Shown piece after piece: positions 24,837 through 34,101 of a stretch of DNA of 64,000 nt. Position 1 is the stretch's first letter. Every line of letters begins with the position of its first letter. This stretch comes from Polyangiales bacterium (GTDB lineage: Bacteria > Myxococcota_A > Polyangia > Polyangiales > Ga0077539): assembly GCA_041389885.1 (NCBI GenBank), contig JAWKRB010000006.1, positions 195,101-259,100 of the forward strand, given 5' to 3'. The position numbers and the translations under genes were made by a program. Below the pieces are notes generated by a model. That model was given only the letters and a program-made list of their open reading frames with translations. It did no database searches and had not been told where the DNA came from.

Positions 24837-26138
24837 TCAACGCGTTCGGGCGTCGCGCGTCCACCACGCGCTGAGGGCCTCGGTGTGGACCGTGCGCACC
24901 GCGACGCCCGCGCGGGCGGCGAGGTCGCGGCACACGTCCCACTCGGGCTGCGCGCTCGGGGCGATGCCGTCGCCGTCGGCGACCTTCACCGGGACCTTGC
25001 CGTAGCGCGTCTCGACCTCGTCGACCCGCCGGGGGCGCTCGATGCGGTGCACAGGACGCCAGCGCAGCCCGAGCGAGCTGCTCTCGCCGAGGAGGAGCTT
25101 CCCGATGCGGTCCTCCTCGCCGCGGCGCACGAGGGCCGAGACCATCACGCCCGGTCGACCCTTCTTCATGCCGACCGGGGTGGTCCAGGCGTCGAGGGCG
25201 CCGTCGCGCAGGAGCCGGTCGGTCACGTGCGCCGAGAGCTGCCCCGTCACGTCATCCAGGTTCGACTCAAGCACGACGTGAGACCCCATCGTCTGGTCCT
25301 CGCCCGCGCGCGCCGCGTCGACGTCGCCGAGCACCAGCCGCACCATGTTGGGGCGATCGGGGAGCTGCCGCGTCCCGGCGCCGAAGCCCGTCGCCACCGG
25401 GCGCATCGAGGGCCAGCGGGTGAACTCCGCGGCGTTCGCCTTCACCAGGCACGCGCCCGTCGGGGTGACCAGCTCTACGTCGACCGCCGCCGCCTCGGTC
25501 GGAACCCCCTGGAGGATCTCCACCACCGCCGGCGCCGGGAGCGGCAGCACCCCATGCGCCGCTCGCACGAAGCCTCGCCCCATCGGCAGCGGCGCGCAGG
25601 TCACCCGCGCCCCCAGCCAGTCGAGGGCCGCGCTCGCCGCCACGATGTCGACGATCGCGTCGACGGCGCCGACCTCGTGAAAGTGAACGTCCTCGACGGA
25701 GATGCGATGCACCCGGGCCTCGGCCACGGCGAGCACGCGAAACGCGTCCTGCGCCCTGCGGCGAACGCCCTCGAGGAGCTCGGCCGACTCGAGCATCGCC
25801 TTGATCTCGCGGTACGTCCGGTGGGGCTGCGCGCCGCTCACCCGCACGTGAAAGCGGGTCGCGGCGACGCTGCTCACCATCGTCGGCGAGGTGCCCACCT
25901 CGAAGCCCGTCAGCGACAGGCTGCTCAGCGCCCGGTGAATCGGCGCGAGGGGGACGCCGAGGTCGATCAGCGCGGCCACGAGCATGTCGCCCGCCACGCC
26001 GCTGAAGCAGTCGATGTGAAGCACCCGGCCCACGCCGAAGCCGTGCGAGAGCTCCGCCCGTGGCGGAGCGTCAGCGTGCGGGCCGTGCGCGTGGCCGTGC
26101 GCGTGGCCGTGATCGTGGTGCGAGTCGCCGTGCGGCAT
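24837..26138 (-). CDS. larC: LarC-family (DUF111) nickel-insertion protein with a His-rich N-terminus
   Basis: Starts MPHGDSHHDHGHAHGHAHGPHAD and contains the LarC N-terminal motif HIDCFSGVAGDMLVAALIDLGVP. 433 aa. The upstream part of ORF 24837..28193 is antisense artefact. Confidence 0.8.
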   Translation of the reverse strand: MPHGDSHHDHGHAHGHAHGPHADAPPRAELSHGFGVGRVLHIDCFSGVAGDMLVAALIDLGVPLAPIHRALSSLSLTGFEVGTSPTMVSSVAATRFHVRVSGAQPHRTYREIKAMLESAELLEGVRRRAQDAFRVLAVAEARVHRISVEDVHFHEVGAVDAIVDIVAASAALDWLGARVTCAPLPMGRGFVRAAHGVLPLPAPAVVEILQGVPTEAAAVDVELVTPTGACLVKANAAEFTRWPSMRPVATGFGAGTRQLPDRPNMVRLVLGDVDAARAGEDQTMGSHVVLESNLDDVTGQLSAHVTDRLLRDGALDAWTTPVGMKKGRPGVMVSALVRRGEEDRIGKLLLGESSSLGLRWRPVHRIERPRRVDEVETRYGKVPVKVADGDGIAPSAQPEWDVCRDLAARAGVAVRTVHTEALSAWWTRDARTR

Positions 26139-26612
26139 GGGGAAGGTCTCCGTGACTGAAGCGCCCTCGCCGCAGGGACTCCAAGGTCGTGCAGACCCAG
26201 AGCGACAAGCGAGGCTTGGACCGTCGGAATACGCAATGCCGCTCGCTCGCGTCAACGACCCGAGACGAAACCCCTCGCGCCTCGCGCGCTCCCGAGAGCG
26301 CCGAGCGCGCACATTTTTTTCCGTGGCGGCGGGAGGGGCGCGCCAGTATGCTCCTGCGAGGCTCCGACGGCCTGTGCCCTCCGCTTGTTTGCGGAGGCTC
26401 CAAGGGGCGGCTTCAGGGCACCCCAGAGGGTGCTGGTCGCGGGATGCGCATGGCAACGGGTGCGGCGTGAAGGTGAATAACCAGGAACTGCCCGAGGGGT
26501 TGGAGATCGAAGGGGCGATTCCCCCTCGCGCTGCGCAGCGGCTGCGCCCCGGGGGGCCTCCCCGGCTCGCGCCGCTCACGGGCGTTCTCATGACCGACCC
26601 CACGGCGCCCTG

Positions 26613-27824
26613 GTGATTCGCCGCGTGCGGGTTCGCGTGACCAGCGGACCCGATCGAGGGCGCGAGGCCCTGCTCGAGGCGGGCACCCTGCTCGTCGGCA
26701 CCCACACCGACAACGACCTCATCCTTCGCGACCCGCAGGTGGGCAAGTACCACCTCGAAATCGCGCTCGTCGCGGGCGGAATTCGAGTGCGCGACCTCGG
26801 CTCGGAGAGCGGCACCTTCGTCAACGCCGCCAGGCTCTCCGCGGGCGTCGTCGCCGTCGGCACCGAGATCTCCATCGGCCGAAGCACCCTGCAGCTCCTG
26901 GTGGGCGACCTGACGGTGACGATCCAGCCCAGCGAGCGACCCTCCTTCGGGCCGGTGGCGGGGCAGTCGGTGGCGATGCGAATGCTCTTCGCCGTGCTCG
27001 AGCGCATCGCGGCGACCGACACGCCGATCCTCCTCGAGGGAGACGCCGGCACCGGGCGCACGCTCATCGCCAAGGCCGTGCACGCCGCGTCGCGCTTCGC
27101 GGCTTCTCCCGTGACGGCGGTCGACCTCCGTCTGCCCACCTCCGAGCGCCCGTCGCTCACGCAGATCTCCCAGCGCTCCGACACCTTCACGCTGCTGCTC
27201 GAGCGCATCGACGAGGCGAGCAACGCCGACATGACCGCGCTGCTCTCGATCTACGAGCGCCGAGAGGAGGGCGTGCTCGACGCCAGAATCCTCGCCACCT
27301 GCTCCGCGGACATCAAGCGCGCCGCCGCCGAGGGGCGGTTTCGGCGCGACCTCGCGAACCACGTCGCCGCCGTGAGGCTCCAGGTGCCGCCCCTCGCCGA
27401 GCGAACTGAAGACATCCCCGTGCTCATCCGGCAGTTCGCGCGCGAGATCTGCGGGGCTGATCCCGAGTTTCGCGACGAGGATTTCGCCCGGGCCATCGCG
27501 CGCAGCTACCCCGGCAACGTGCGCGAGCTTCGCGGCCTGGTCGTGAAGGCGCTGCAGGTCGAGGCGGCTCCGCCCACGCTCCCCAAGGCGGGCATCGCCC
27601 GCGCGCGCGCGGCGCTGGTCATGCCTCTGAACGCCCGGCCCAAGCCGCCGCCGCCCCGGGTCGCGCGCGACCGCATCGTCGAGTTCTTTGAGCGAGATCA
27701 CCTTCAGTCCATGTACAACCGCATGGGCGGAGAGCTGAACGAGATCGCGCGGGAGCTCGACCTGCCGCGCAAAGAGGTCGTTCGGCTGCTGAAGCAGCAC
27801 GGCGTTCAGGTCGCCGAGAAGTGA
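26613..27824 (+). CDS. FHA-domain transcriptional regulator with a degenerate sigma-54-interaction (AAA+) domain and a C-terminal Fis-type HTH
   Basis: N-terminal FHA-like region (LLVGTHTDNDLILRDPQVGKYHLEIA...GSESGTFVNAARL), a Walker-A-like GDAGTGRTLIAKAVH without a GAFTGA motif, and a C-terminal HTH (LNEIARELDLPRKEVVRLLKQHGV). Confidence 0.75.
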   Translation: MIRRVRVRVTSGPDRGREALLEAGTLLVGTHTDNDLILRDPQVGKYHLEIALVAGGIRVRDLGSESGTFVNAARLSAGVVAVGTEISIGRSTLQLLVGDLTVTIQPSERPSFGPVAGQSVAMRMLFAVLERIAATDTPILLEGDAGTGRTLIAKAVHAASRFAASPVTAVDLRLPTSERPSLTQISQRSDTFTLLLERIDEASNADMTALLSIYERREEGVLDARILATCSADIKRAAAEGRFRRDLANHVAAVRLQVPPLAERTEDIPVLIRQFAREICGADPEFRDEDFARAIARSYPGNVRELRGLVVKALQVEAAPPTLPKAGIARARAALVMPLNARPKPPPPRVARDRIVEFFERDHLQSMYNRMGGELNEIARELDLPRKEVVRLLKQHGVQVAEK

Positions 27825-28741
27825 TCCCAGCCCTGAGGGCTGACCTCGGTGAGGCGGGACGCGTCGCGTAGATAGACCCCGGCGCCCTCGAGCACCTCGC
27901 CGACCAGGGTCCAGCGCGCGTCGAAGGCCGAGGCGGGGCCCGTCGCGAGCAGCTCGTAGTCTTCGCCGCCGTGGAGCGTCGCGTCGAGGGCCTCGTCGGC
28001 CGTTGCGTACGGGTGCAGCCGAAGGGCGTCGCGGTCGAAGACCACGCGGGCTCCCGACGCCTCGGCGAGGCGCGCGGCGTCGAGGGCGAGGCCGTCGGAG
28101 ACGTCGATGCACGCGGTGGCTCGGCCGCTCAGGACCGCGCTCAGGTCGACGCGGGCGAGGGGGTGGCGCCAGCGGTCCACGGCCTCCCGCCACCGCGGGT
28201 CGGGATCGCCCCGGAGCAGCGCGCGCAGGCCCAGCGCCGCGGCCCCGACCGGCCCGCTGATCGCGACGCGATCACCCGCGCGCGCGCCGCCGCGGAGGAG
28301 CGGCGCGTGAGCGGCCCGGCCCAGCACCGTGGTGCTGAGCGAGAGCTCGACGCCGGCGGAGAGGTTGCCCCCGACCACCCGCGTGCCCACCCGACGAGCC
28401 GCGCGCAGGGCCCCCCTCGCGAGCAGGAGGAAGTCCTCGTCGGAGAGCGCGGGCGGGAGGGTCCAGGAGAGCAGCAGGCCGCAGCCAGGGCCGTCGAGGG
28501 AGGCGCCCATCGCCGCGATGTCGCTCATGGCGGCCTCGCACGCTCGGGCCGAGGCGTCTTCGAGCGTGAGCAGGTCGCGGCGAAAGTGAACGCCCTCGAC
28601 CGCGGCGTCGACGGTCGCGACGAGGGGGCGCGGGTCGACGAGCACGGCGGCGTCGTCTCCGACGCCTAGAGAAGGCGCCTCGGCGGCGCCGAACAGCGCT
28701 CGGAGCAGGGCGAGGCGCTCCCGCTCGCTCGAGCGGCTCAC
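27806..28741 (-). CDS. thiL: Thiamine-monophosphate kinase
   Basis: AIR-synthase-related fold with LGVGDDAAVLV and the ThiL length (311 aa). Confidence 0.8.
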   Translation of the reverse strand: MSRSSERERLALLRALFGAAEAPSLGVGDDAAVLVDPRPLVATVDAAVEGVHFRRDLLTLEDASARACEAAMSDIAAMGASLDGPGCGLLLSWTLPPALSDEDFLLLARGALRAARRVGTRVVGGNLSAGVELSLSTTVLGRAAHAPLLRGGARAGDRVAISGPVGAAALGLRALLRGDPDPRWREAVDRWRHPLARVDLSAVLSGRATACIDVSDGLALDAARLAEASGARVVFDRDALRLHPYATADEALDATLHGGEDYELLATGPASAFDARWTLVGEVLEGAGVYLRDASRLTEVSPQGWDHFSAT

Positions 28742-29157
28742 GACGACCGACCGCCGAGTCTCCGCCAGGGGATCAGCAGCACCACCGCGAGCTCAAAGGC
28801 GAAGACCCAGGGCTGCGCGAGCTCGGGTCGCTGGAGGATCTTCGCGACCACCGGGGTCGCGATCCAGAGGCACGCGAGCGCGGCGGCGGCGAGGAGGTAG
28901 TTCGTCTTGGGGGCCATGGGGGTGTGACGGTCGGGGCTCAGCGTCGCCAGCGCGGCGCCGAGCACCCGCTGAAGCCCCTTGGAGGCCTCGGCCCCTCGCT
29001 CGGGGTCGTCGCGCAGCGCGCGGTAGCGCCCCGCGGCGTCGGGGAGGCGGTCGAGGGCGGCGGCGAGGGCGACGAAGGCGCGGTGCTGCTCGTCGAGGTC
29101 CCACTTCTCCTGGAGGGCGATCCAGGCCTGCTCGATCGGGTCTTGGGCTTCGCTCAT
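28738..29157 (-). CDS. Small hypothetical membrane protein
   Basis: Internal start MSEAQDPIEQAWIALQEKW and a C-terminal TM segment (YLLAAAALACLWIATPVVA). The stop overlaps the thiL start. The rest of ORF 28738..30024 is antisense to rsmH. Confidence 0.45.
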   Translation of the reverse strand: MSEAQDPIEQAWIALQEKWDLDEQHRAFVALAAALDRLPDAAGRYRALRDDPERGAEASKGLQRVLGAALATLSPDRHTPMAPKTNYLLAAAALACLWIATPVVAKILQRPELAQPWVFAFELAVVLLIPWRRLGGRSS

Positions 29158-29274
29158 CGCGCGTGGGATTTCGGTCACAGTCCTGGCCGCCGCGCAATCG
29201 GGGCGGCCGGGCGCCGCCGATTCTTTGACCGGCCCATCGGATCGTGACGATAGGAGCCTGGAGCCGCACACGCG

Positions 29275-30165
29275 ATGGAACCCTTGCGCCACGAGACCGT
29301 TCTGCTGGACGAGGTGATCCGAGGGCTCGACCTCAGGCCGGGCGCCTTCGCCGCCGACGTCACCACCGGGCTCGGGGGGCACGCCGAGGCGATCCTTCGC
29401 GAGACCTCCCCCGACGGCGCGCTCCTCGCCCTCGACCGGGACCCCTACGCCCTGACGCGGGCGGGCGAGCGACTCGCGGCCTTCGGCGACCGGGTGCGCT
29501 TTCACCAGGGGCCCTTCTCCGAGCTCCGCGACGTGCTGCAGGGGCGGCGCCTCGACGCGCTCGTGGCCGACCTCGGGGTCTCGTCTCCGCAGATCGACGA
29601 CCCCGAGCGCGGCATGAGCTTTCGCGCCGAGGGGCCTCTGGACATGCGCATGGGCCCCGACGCCGACGACACCGCGTGGTCGGTGGTGCGTGAGCTGCGA
29701 GAGGCCCAGCTCGCAGACGTGATCTACCAGTTCGGCGAGGAGCGCGCGTCGCGGCCCATCGCGCGCTCGATCAAGCGCGCCATCGACGAGGGCGCGATGG
29801 AGACCACGAAGGACCTCGCGCGGGCGGTCTACCGGGTGCTCGGCCCCCCGCGATTCGGCAAGCTCGACCCCGCGACGCGCACGTTTCAGGCGCTGCGCAT
29901 CTCGGTCAACGACGAGCTCGGTGAGGTGCAGCGGCTCCTCGCGTCGCTCCCCGAGGTGCTCGCGGACGACGGTCGCGTCGCGGTGATCTCGTTTCACTCG
30001 CTCGAAGACCGGCTCGTGAAGCACGCCTTTCGAGGCGACGCCGCGCTGGAGCCGTTGACCCGAAAGCCCGTCGAGCCGAGCGAGGCTGAGCTCGAGAGAA
30101 ACCCGCGGTCGCGCAGCGCGCGGCTGAGGGTGGCCCGTCGTCGACCGAGAACGGAGGTCCCGTGA
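29275..30165 (+). CDS. rsmH: 16S rRNA (cytosine1402-N4)-methyltransferase RsmH (MraW)
   Basis: MEPLRHETVLLDEVIRGLDLRPGAFAADVTTGLGGHAEAIL...FHSLEDRLVK. Confidence 0.95.
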   Translation: MEPLRHETVLLDEVIRGLDLRPGAFAADVTTGLGGHAEAILRETSPDGALLALDRDPYALTRAGERLAAFGDRVRFHQGPFSELRDVLQGRRLDALVADLGVSSPQIDDPERGMSFRAEGPLDMRMGPDADDTAWSVVRELREAQLADVIYQFGEERASRPIARSIKRAIDEGAMETTKDLARAVYRVLGPPRFGKLDPATRTFQALRISVNDELGEVQRLLASLPEVLADDGRVAVISFHSLEDRLVKHAFRGDAALEPLTRKPVEPSEAELERNPRSRSARLRVARRRPRTEVP

Positions 30166-30467
30166 ACGCCCGATTCTCTCTGCTGTTCGCCGTCGCGATG
30201 CTCAGCGCAGGGGCGGCCTTTGTCGTGCACCTCGCGCTGCGCAACCAGAACGTGTCGCTGGGATACACCGTCGAGCGAGAGCGCGCCCTCTCGCTGCGCC
30301 TTCGCAACCAGATCAACACGCGACGCCTCGAGCTCGCGTCGCTGCGAACCCCCGCCGCGCTCGAGCAGATCGGCCTCGCGGCAGGGATGGTCCGCTCGGA
30401 GGACGTGCCGGTGTATTTCGTGGGCGGCGCGCTGCGCCCGACGCGCGTGAGCGGGAGGCCGCGGTGA
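30162..30467 (+). CDS. ftsL: Cell division protein FtsL
   Basis: 101 aa, with a single TM (FSLLFAVAMLSAGAAFVVHLAL) followed by a coiled segment. Position between rsmH and ftsI. GTG start overlapping the rsmH stop. Confidence 0.8.
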   Translation: MNARFSLLFAVAMLSAGAAFVVHLALRNQNVSLGYTVERERALSLRLRNQINTRRLELASLRTPAALEQIGLAAGMVRSEDVPVYFVGGALRPTRVSGRPR

Positions 30468-32557
30468 ACAACCTCGACCCCCGTCGGCAGCTCTGGATGC
30501 GCGCGCGCATGGGCGTGCTGCTCTGCGGGCTCACCCTCGGCGCGAGCCGGCTCGTGCACGCCGCGTGGCTCCTCCAGCACGGCGGCTCGGTGCAGACCCC
30601 CGACGGCGGCACCGTCAACCTCGGCCTCGAGGCGCGGAGCCAGTACTCCGACACCCTCCGTCGCCAGCCTCGCCGCGGGACCATCTACGACCGACACCAC
30701 AACCCCCTCGCGGTGAGCGTTCCGACGCACTCGCTCTACATCAACCCCGCGCGCATCGCGGAGCTCTCCGCGGCGAGGCGCGCGCGTCGCCTCGACCCCG
30801 AGCGCCTCGCGTCGCGCCTCGCGGCGGCCCTGCGGATCGACGTCGAGACCGTGCGACAGCGGGTCCAGCGAACCAGCGGGTTCGCGTGGATCAAGCGCGA
30901 CGTGACCCGCGAGGAGCGCGCCGCGGTGGAGCGCATCGCCGACGAGATGCGCCGCGAGGTCGGGCTCCGCGGGCAGGACTTTCTCGGCTTCGCCGAGGAG
31001 TCTCGCCGCTGGTACCCCCAGCGCGAGACCGTCGCCCACATCACCGGCTTCATCAACAGCGAGGGCGTCGGCGTCGAGGGCGTCGAGCGCCGCTACGACG
31101 AGCGGCTGCGCGGCCGCACCGCCCAGGGCGAAGCGGTGATCGACGCGCGGCGCCACGTGGTCTTCGCCGACGGCGTGCGCCCCGGTGACGGCCAGAGCGG
31201 CGACGACGTGGTGCTCACTATCGACTCGACGATCCAGATGATCGCCGCGCGAGAGCTCGCGCAGACCTGCCAGATGTCCGAGGCCGTCGGCGGCTCGGTG
31301 ATCGTGATGGAGCCGCGGACGGGCGAGGTGCTCGCGATGGCGAGCTATCCCACCTTCAACCCCAACGACCTCCGGGGCTCGACCGCAGACTCGCGGCGAA
31401 ACCGCGCGGTGACCGACCGCTTCGAGCCGGGCTCGACCATGAAGGTGTTCAGCGTCGGCGGCGCGCTCGACGCGGGGGTGATTCAGCCGGGCCAGCTGAT
31501 CAACTGCTACGGCGGCACGTACAACATCGGGCGGCTGACCATTCACGACTCGCACCCGGAGACGTGGCTGACGCCGATGCAGGTCCTCGCGCGCTCGAGC
31601 AACATCGGCGCGGCGCAGATCGGCGCGGCCCTCGGGAGCGACGGGCTCGAGCGGGCGTATCGACGCTTCGGCTTCGGCGACCGCACGGGGATCCAGCTCC
31701 CGGTCGAGTCTCCCGCGCGCTTCGGTCAGCGCCGCTGGTACGAGGTCGAGGTCGCGACCGTGGCCTTCGGCCAGGGGCTGGGCGTGACCGCGGTGCAGCT
31801 CGCGCAGGGGCTCAACGCCGTCGCCAACGGCGGCCGGCTCGTGAGCCCGCTGCTGGTGACCCGCGTGACCGACGCGACCGGCGCGGTGGTCGAGGAGCAC
31901 CTCCCCGAGGCCGGGCGCATCGCCATGCAGCCCGCCAACGCGAGGCTGCTCTCGGAGATGCTCACGTCCGTCACCGAAGAGGGCGGCACCGGGACCTCCG
32001 CGGCGATCCCCGGCGTGCGCGTCGCGGGCAAGACCGGCACGGCCCAGAAGGCCAACGAGACCCGGCGAGGCTACGACGACTCGCGCTGGGTGAGCTCGTT
32101 CATCGGCTTCGCGCCGGCGTCGCAGCCGCGGCTGGTGATCACCGTGATCATCGACGAGCCGCAGATGAGCCACTCGGGCGGTGAGATCGCCGCGCCGCTG
32201 TTTCGGCGGGTGATGGAGCAGTCGCTGCGGTACCTGGGCGCGCTGCCCGCGTCGGCCCGACCGGTCGTCGCCGCGCCGCGAGCGCCGCAGCCCGCGGCGC
32301 GCCCCGCGACGGCCCCCGCGCCCCGCGGACCGGCGAGCCCCGGAGGCGTGCCCGACCTCACCGGGATGACCGTGCGCGAGGCCATGCGCGCGCTGAACCC
32401 CCACGGCATCGAGGCCGCGGTAGAGGGCAGCGGCGTGGTCGTCTCTCAGGATCCTCCGGCGGGGAGCGCGATTCGACCGGGGCAGGCGGTGCGGATTCGG
32501 CTCGAACCCGCCGGGGGCTGGGCGCCCGCCGCGCCCCCCAGCGAGCCCGCGCGATGA
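30464..32557 (+). CDS. ftsI: Class B penicillin-binding protein (FtsI-like transpeptidase) with a C-terminal PASTA domain
   Basis: Transpeptidase motifs (STMK in GSTMKVFSVGGAL; SSN in ARSSNIGAAQ; KTGTAQKA) and a C-terminal PASTA-like stretch (VPDLTGMTVREAMRALNPHGIEAAVEGSGVVVSQDP). Confidence 0.9.
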   Translation: MNNLDPRRQLWMRARMGVLLCGLTLGASRLVHAAWLLQHGGSVQTPDGGTVNLGLEARSQYSDTLRRQPRRGTIYDRHHNPLAVSVPTHSLYINPARIAELSAARRARRLDPERLASRLAAALRIDVETVRQRVQRTSGFAWIKRDVTREERAAVERIADEMRREVGLRGQDFLGFAEESRRWYPQRETVAHITGFINSEGVGVEGVERRYDERLRGRTAQGEAVIDARRHVVFADGVRPGDGQSGDDVVLTIDSTIQMIAARELAQTCQMSEAVGGSVIVMEPRTGEVLAMASYPTFNPNDLRGSTADSRRNRAVTDRFEPGSTMKVFSVGGALDAGVIQPGQLINCYGGTYNIGRLTIHDSHPETWLTPMQVLARSSNIGAAQIGAALGSDGLERAYRRFGFGDRTGIQLPVESPARFGQRRWYEVEVATVAFGQGLGVTAVQLAQGLNAVANGGRLVSPLLVTRVTDATGAVVEEHLPEAGRIAMQPANARLLSEMLTSVTEEGGTGTSAAIPGVRVAGKTGTAQKANETRRGYDDSRWVSSFIGFAPASQPRLVITVIIDEPQMSHSGGEIAAPLFRRVMEQSLRYLGALPASARPVVAAPRAPQPAARPATAPAPRGPASPGGVPDLTGMTVREAMRALNPHGIEAAVEGSGVVVSQDPPAGSAIRPGQAVRIRLEPAGGWAPAAPPSEPAR

Positions 32558-34095
32558 GCCCCGCGACGCCGCGACCCCGCGGCGCGACCCTCGCGGAGCT
32601 CGCGCGAGAGCTCCAGGGCGCGCGCGTGCTCGGTGACCCCACGACGCGCGTCGAAGACCTCCGTCACGACTCCCGCGAGGTGAGGCCGGGCGACCTCTTC
32701 GCGGCGCGTCGCGGACAGCGCGACGACGGCGCCCGCTTCGCGCACGACGCCCTGACGCGCGGGGCCGTCGCGGTGCTCGCCGACCGCGCGCTCGACGTGA
32801 GCGCGCCGGTGCTCGTGGTGCGCGATGTCGAGCGGGCGATGGCCTTCGCGGCGAGCCACGTGTGGGGGCACCCGTCGTGGACCGTCGACGTGATCGGCGT
32901 CACCGGCACGAACGGAAAGACCACCGCGTCGTGGCTCATCGAGCACGCGCTCGCGGCCACCGGCGCCCGGCCCGGGCTCCTCGGGACCGTCTCGCACCGC
33001 TTCGGCGACGCGAGCTGGCCGGCGCTGCACACCACCCCCGAGGCCGACGACCTCGCGCGGCGCTTCGGGGCGATGCGCGACCTCGGCGCCACCCACGCGG
33101 TGATGGAGGTCAGCTCGCACGCCCTGGCGCTGGGCCGCGTCGCCGCCGTGCGCTTTCGCGTCGCGGCCCTCACCAACATCACCCAGGACCACCTCGACTT
33201 TCACGGCACCTTCGAGCGCTACGTCGCCGCCAAGGCGAGCCTCGTCACCGAGCTCGGCCCCGGCGCGAGCGTGCTCAACCTCGACGACGAGAGCGGCCGC
33301 GCCATCGCCGCGCGCGTGCGCGACCCGATCACCTACAGCGCGCGCGGAGCCCCCGCGACGCTGAGGGTGCTCCGCGGCGGGGCGCACGCCGAGGGCATCG
33401 ACGCCGAGGTCGCCACGCCCGAGGGCGCGGTGAGCCTGCGCTCGGGGCTGCGAGGCGCGCACAACGTCGAGAACCTCCTCGCCTCGATGGCGGTGCTGGG
33501 CGCCCTCGAGGTGCCCTACGCCCGCGCGGCGGAGGCGCTGGCCGACGCGAAGGGCGCGCCGGGCCGCCTGGAGCGCGTCGTCGGCGCATCGGGGGATCCG
33601 CCCTTCGACGTGCTCGTCGACTACGCGCACACCGACGACGCGCTGGCGCGGGTGCTCCAGACGCTTCGCGCGACCACCCGGGGGAGGGTGATCTGCGTCT
33701 TCGGCTGCGGCGGCGACCGCGACCGGGCGAAGCGCCCGCGCATGGGGGAGGCCGTCGCTCGAGGCGCGGACATCGCCGTGCTCACCACCGACAACCCCCG
33801 CGGCGAGGCGCCCGCCGCCATCGCCGAAGACGCCGCCGTCGGCCTGCGCAGGGCCATGCGCGAGACCTCGGGCGAGCCCGCGCGGGGGGAGTTCGCGGTG
33901 CTCCTCGATCGGGAGGAGGCGATTCGCGGCGCGATCGGCCTCGCCGCCGCGGGCGACGTGGTGCTGATCGCGGGCAAGGGTCACGAGGCGTACCAGGAAG
34001 TCAGGGGCGTGCGACGGCCCTTCGACGACCGCGCCGTCGCCGCGGTCGCCCTGGAGCTCCGACTTGCGCGCGACCCCAGAACGGGCGAGGGATAG
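32554..34095 (+). CDS. murE: UDP-N-acetylmuramoyl-L-alanyl-D-glutamate--2,6-diaminopimelate ligase
   Basis: Mur ligase with GVTGTNGKTT and MurE position and length (513 aa). Confidence 0.93.
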   Translation: MSPATPRPRGATLAELARELQGARVLGDPTTRVEDLRHDSREVRPGDLFAARRGQRDDGARFAHDALTRGAVAVLADRALDVSAPVLVVRDVERAMAFAASHVWGHPSWTVDVIGVTGTNGKTTASWLIEHALAATGARPGLLGTVSHRFGDASWPALHTTPEADDLARRFGAMRDLGATHAVMEVSSHALALGRVAAVRFRVAALTNITQDHLDFHGTFERYVAAKASLVTELGPGASVLNLDDESGRAIAARVRDPITYSARGAPATLRVLRGGAHAEGIDAEVATPEGAVSLRSGLRGAHNVENLLASMAVLGALEVPYARAAEALADAKGAPGRLERVVGASGDPPFDVLVDYAHTDDALARVLQTLRATTRGRVICVFGCGGDRDRAKRPRMGEAVARGADIAVLTTDNPRGEAPAAIAEDAAVGLRRAMRETSGEPARGEFAVLLDREEAIRGAIGLAAAGDVVLIAGKGHEAYQEVRGVRRPFDDRAVAAVALELRLARDPRTGEG

Positions 34096-34101
34096 CGCCC
34101 C

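Noticed and set aside
26139-28193. Upstream 680 codons of the 1118-aa minus ORF ending in larC
   Set aside because: This part is antisense to the FHA regulator and thiL region and reads as R/G/P garbage. Only the final 433 codons are LarC.
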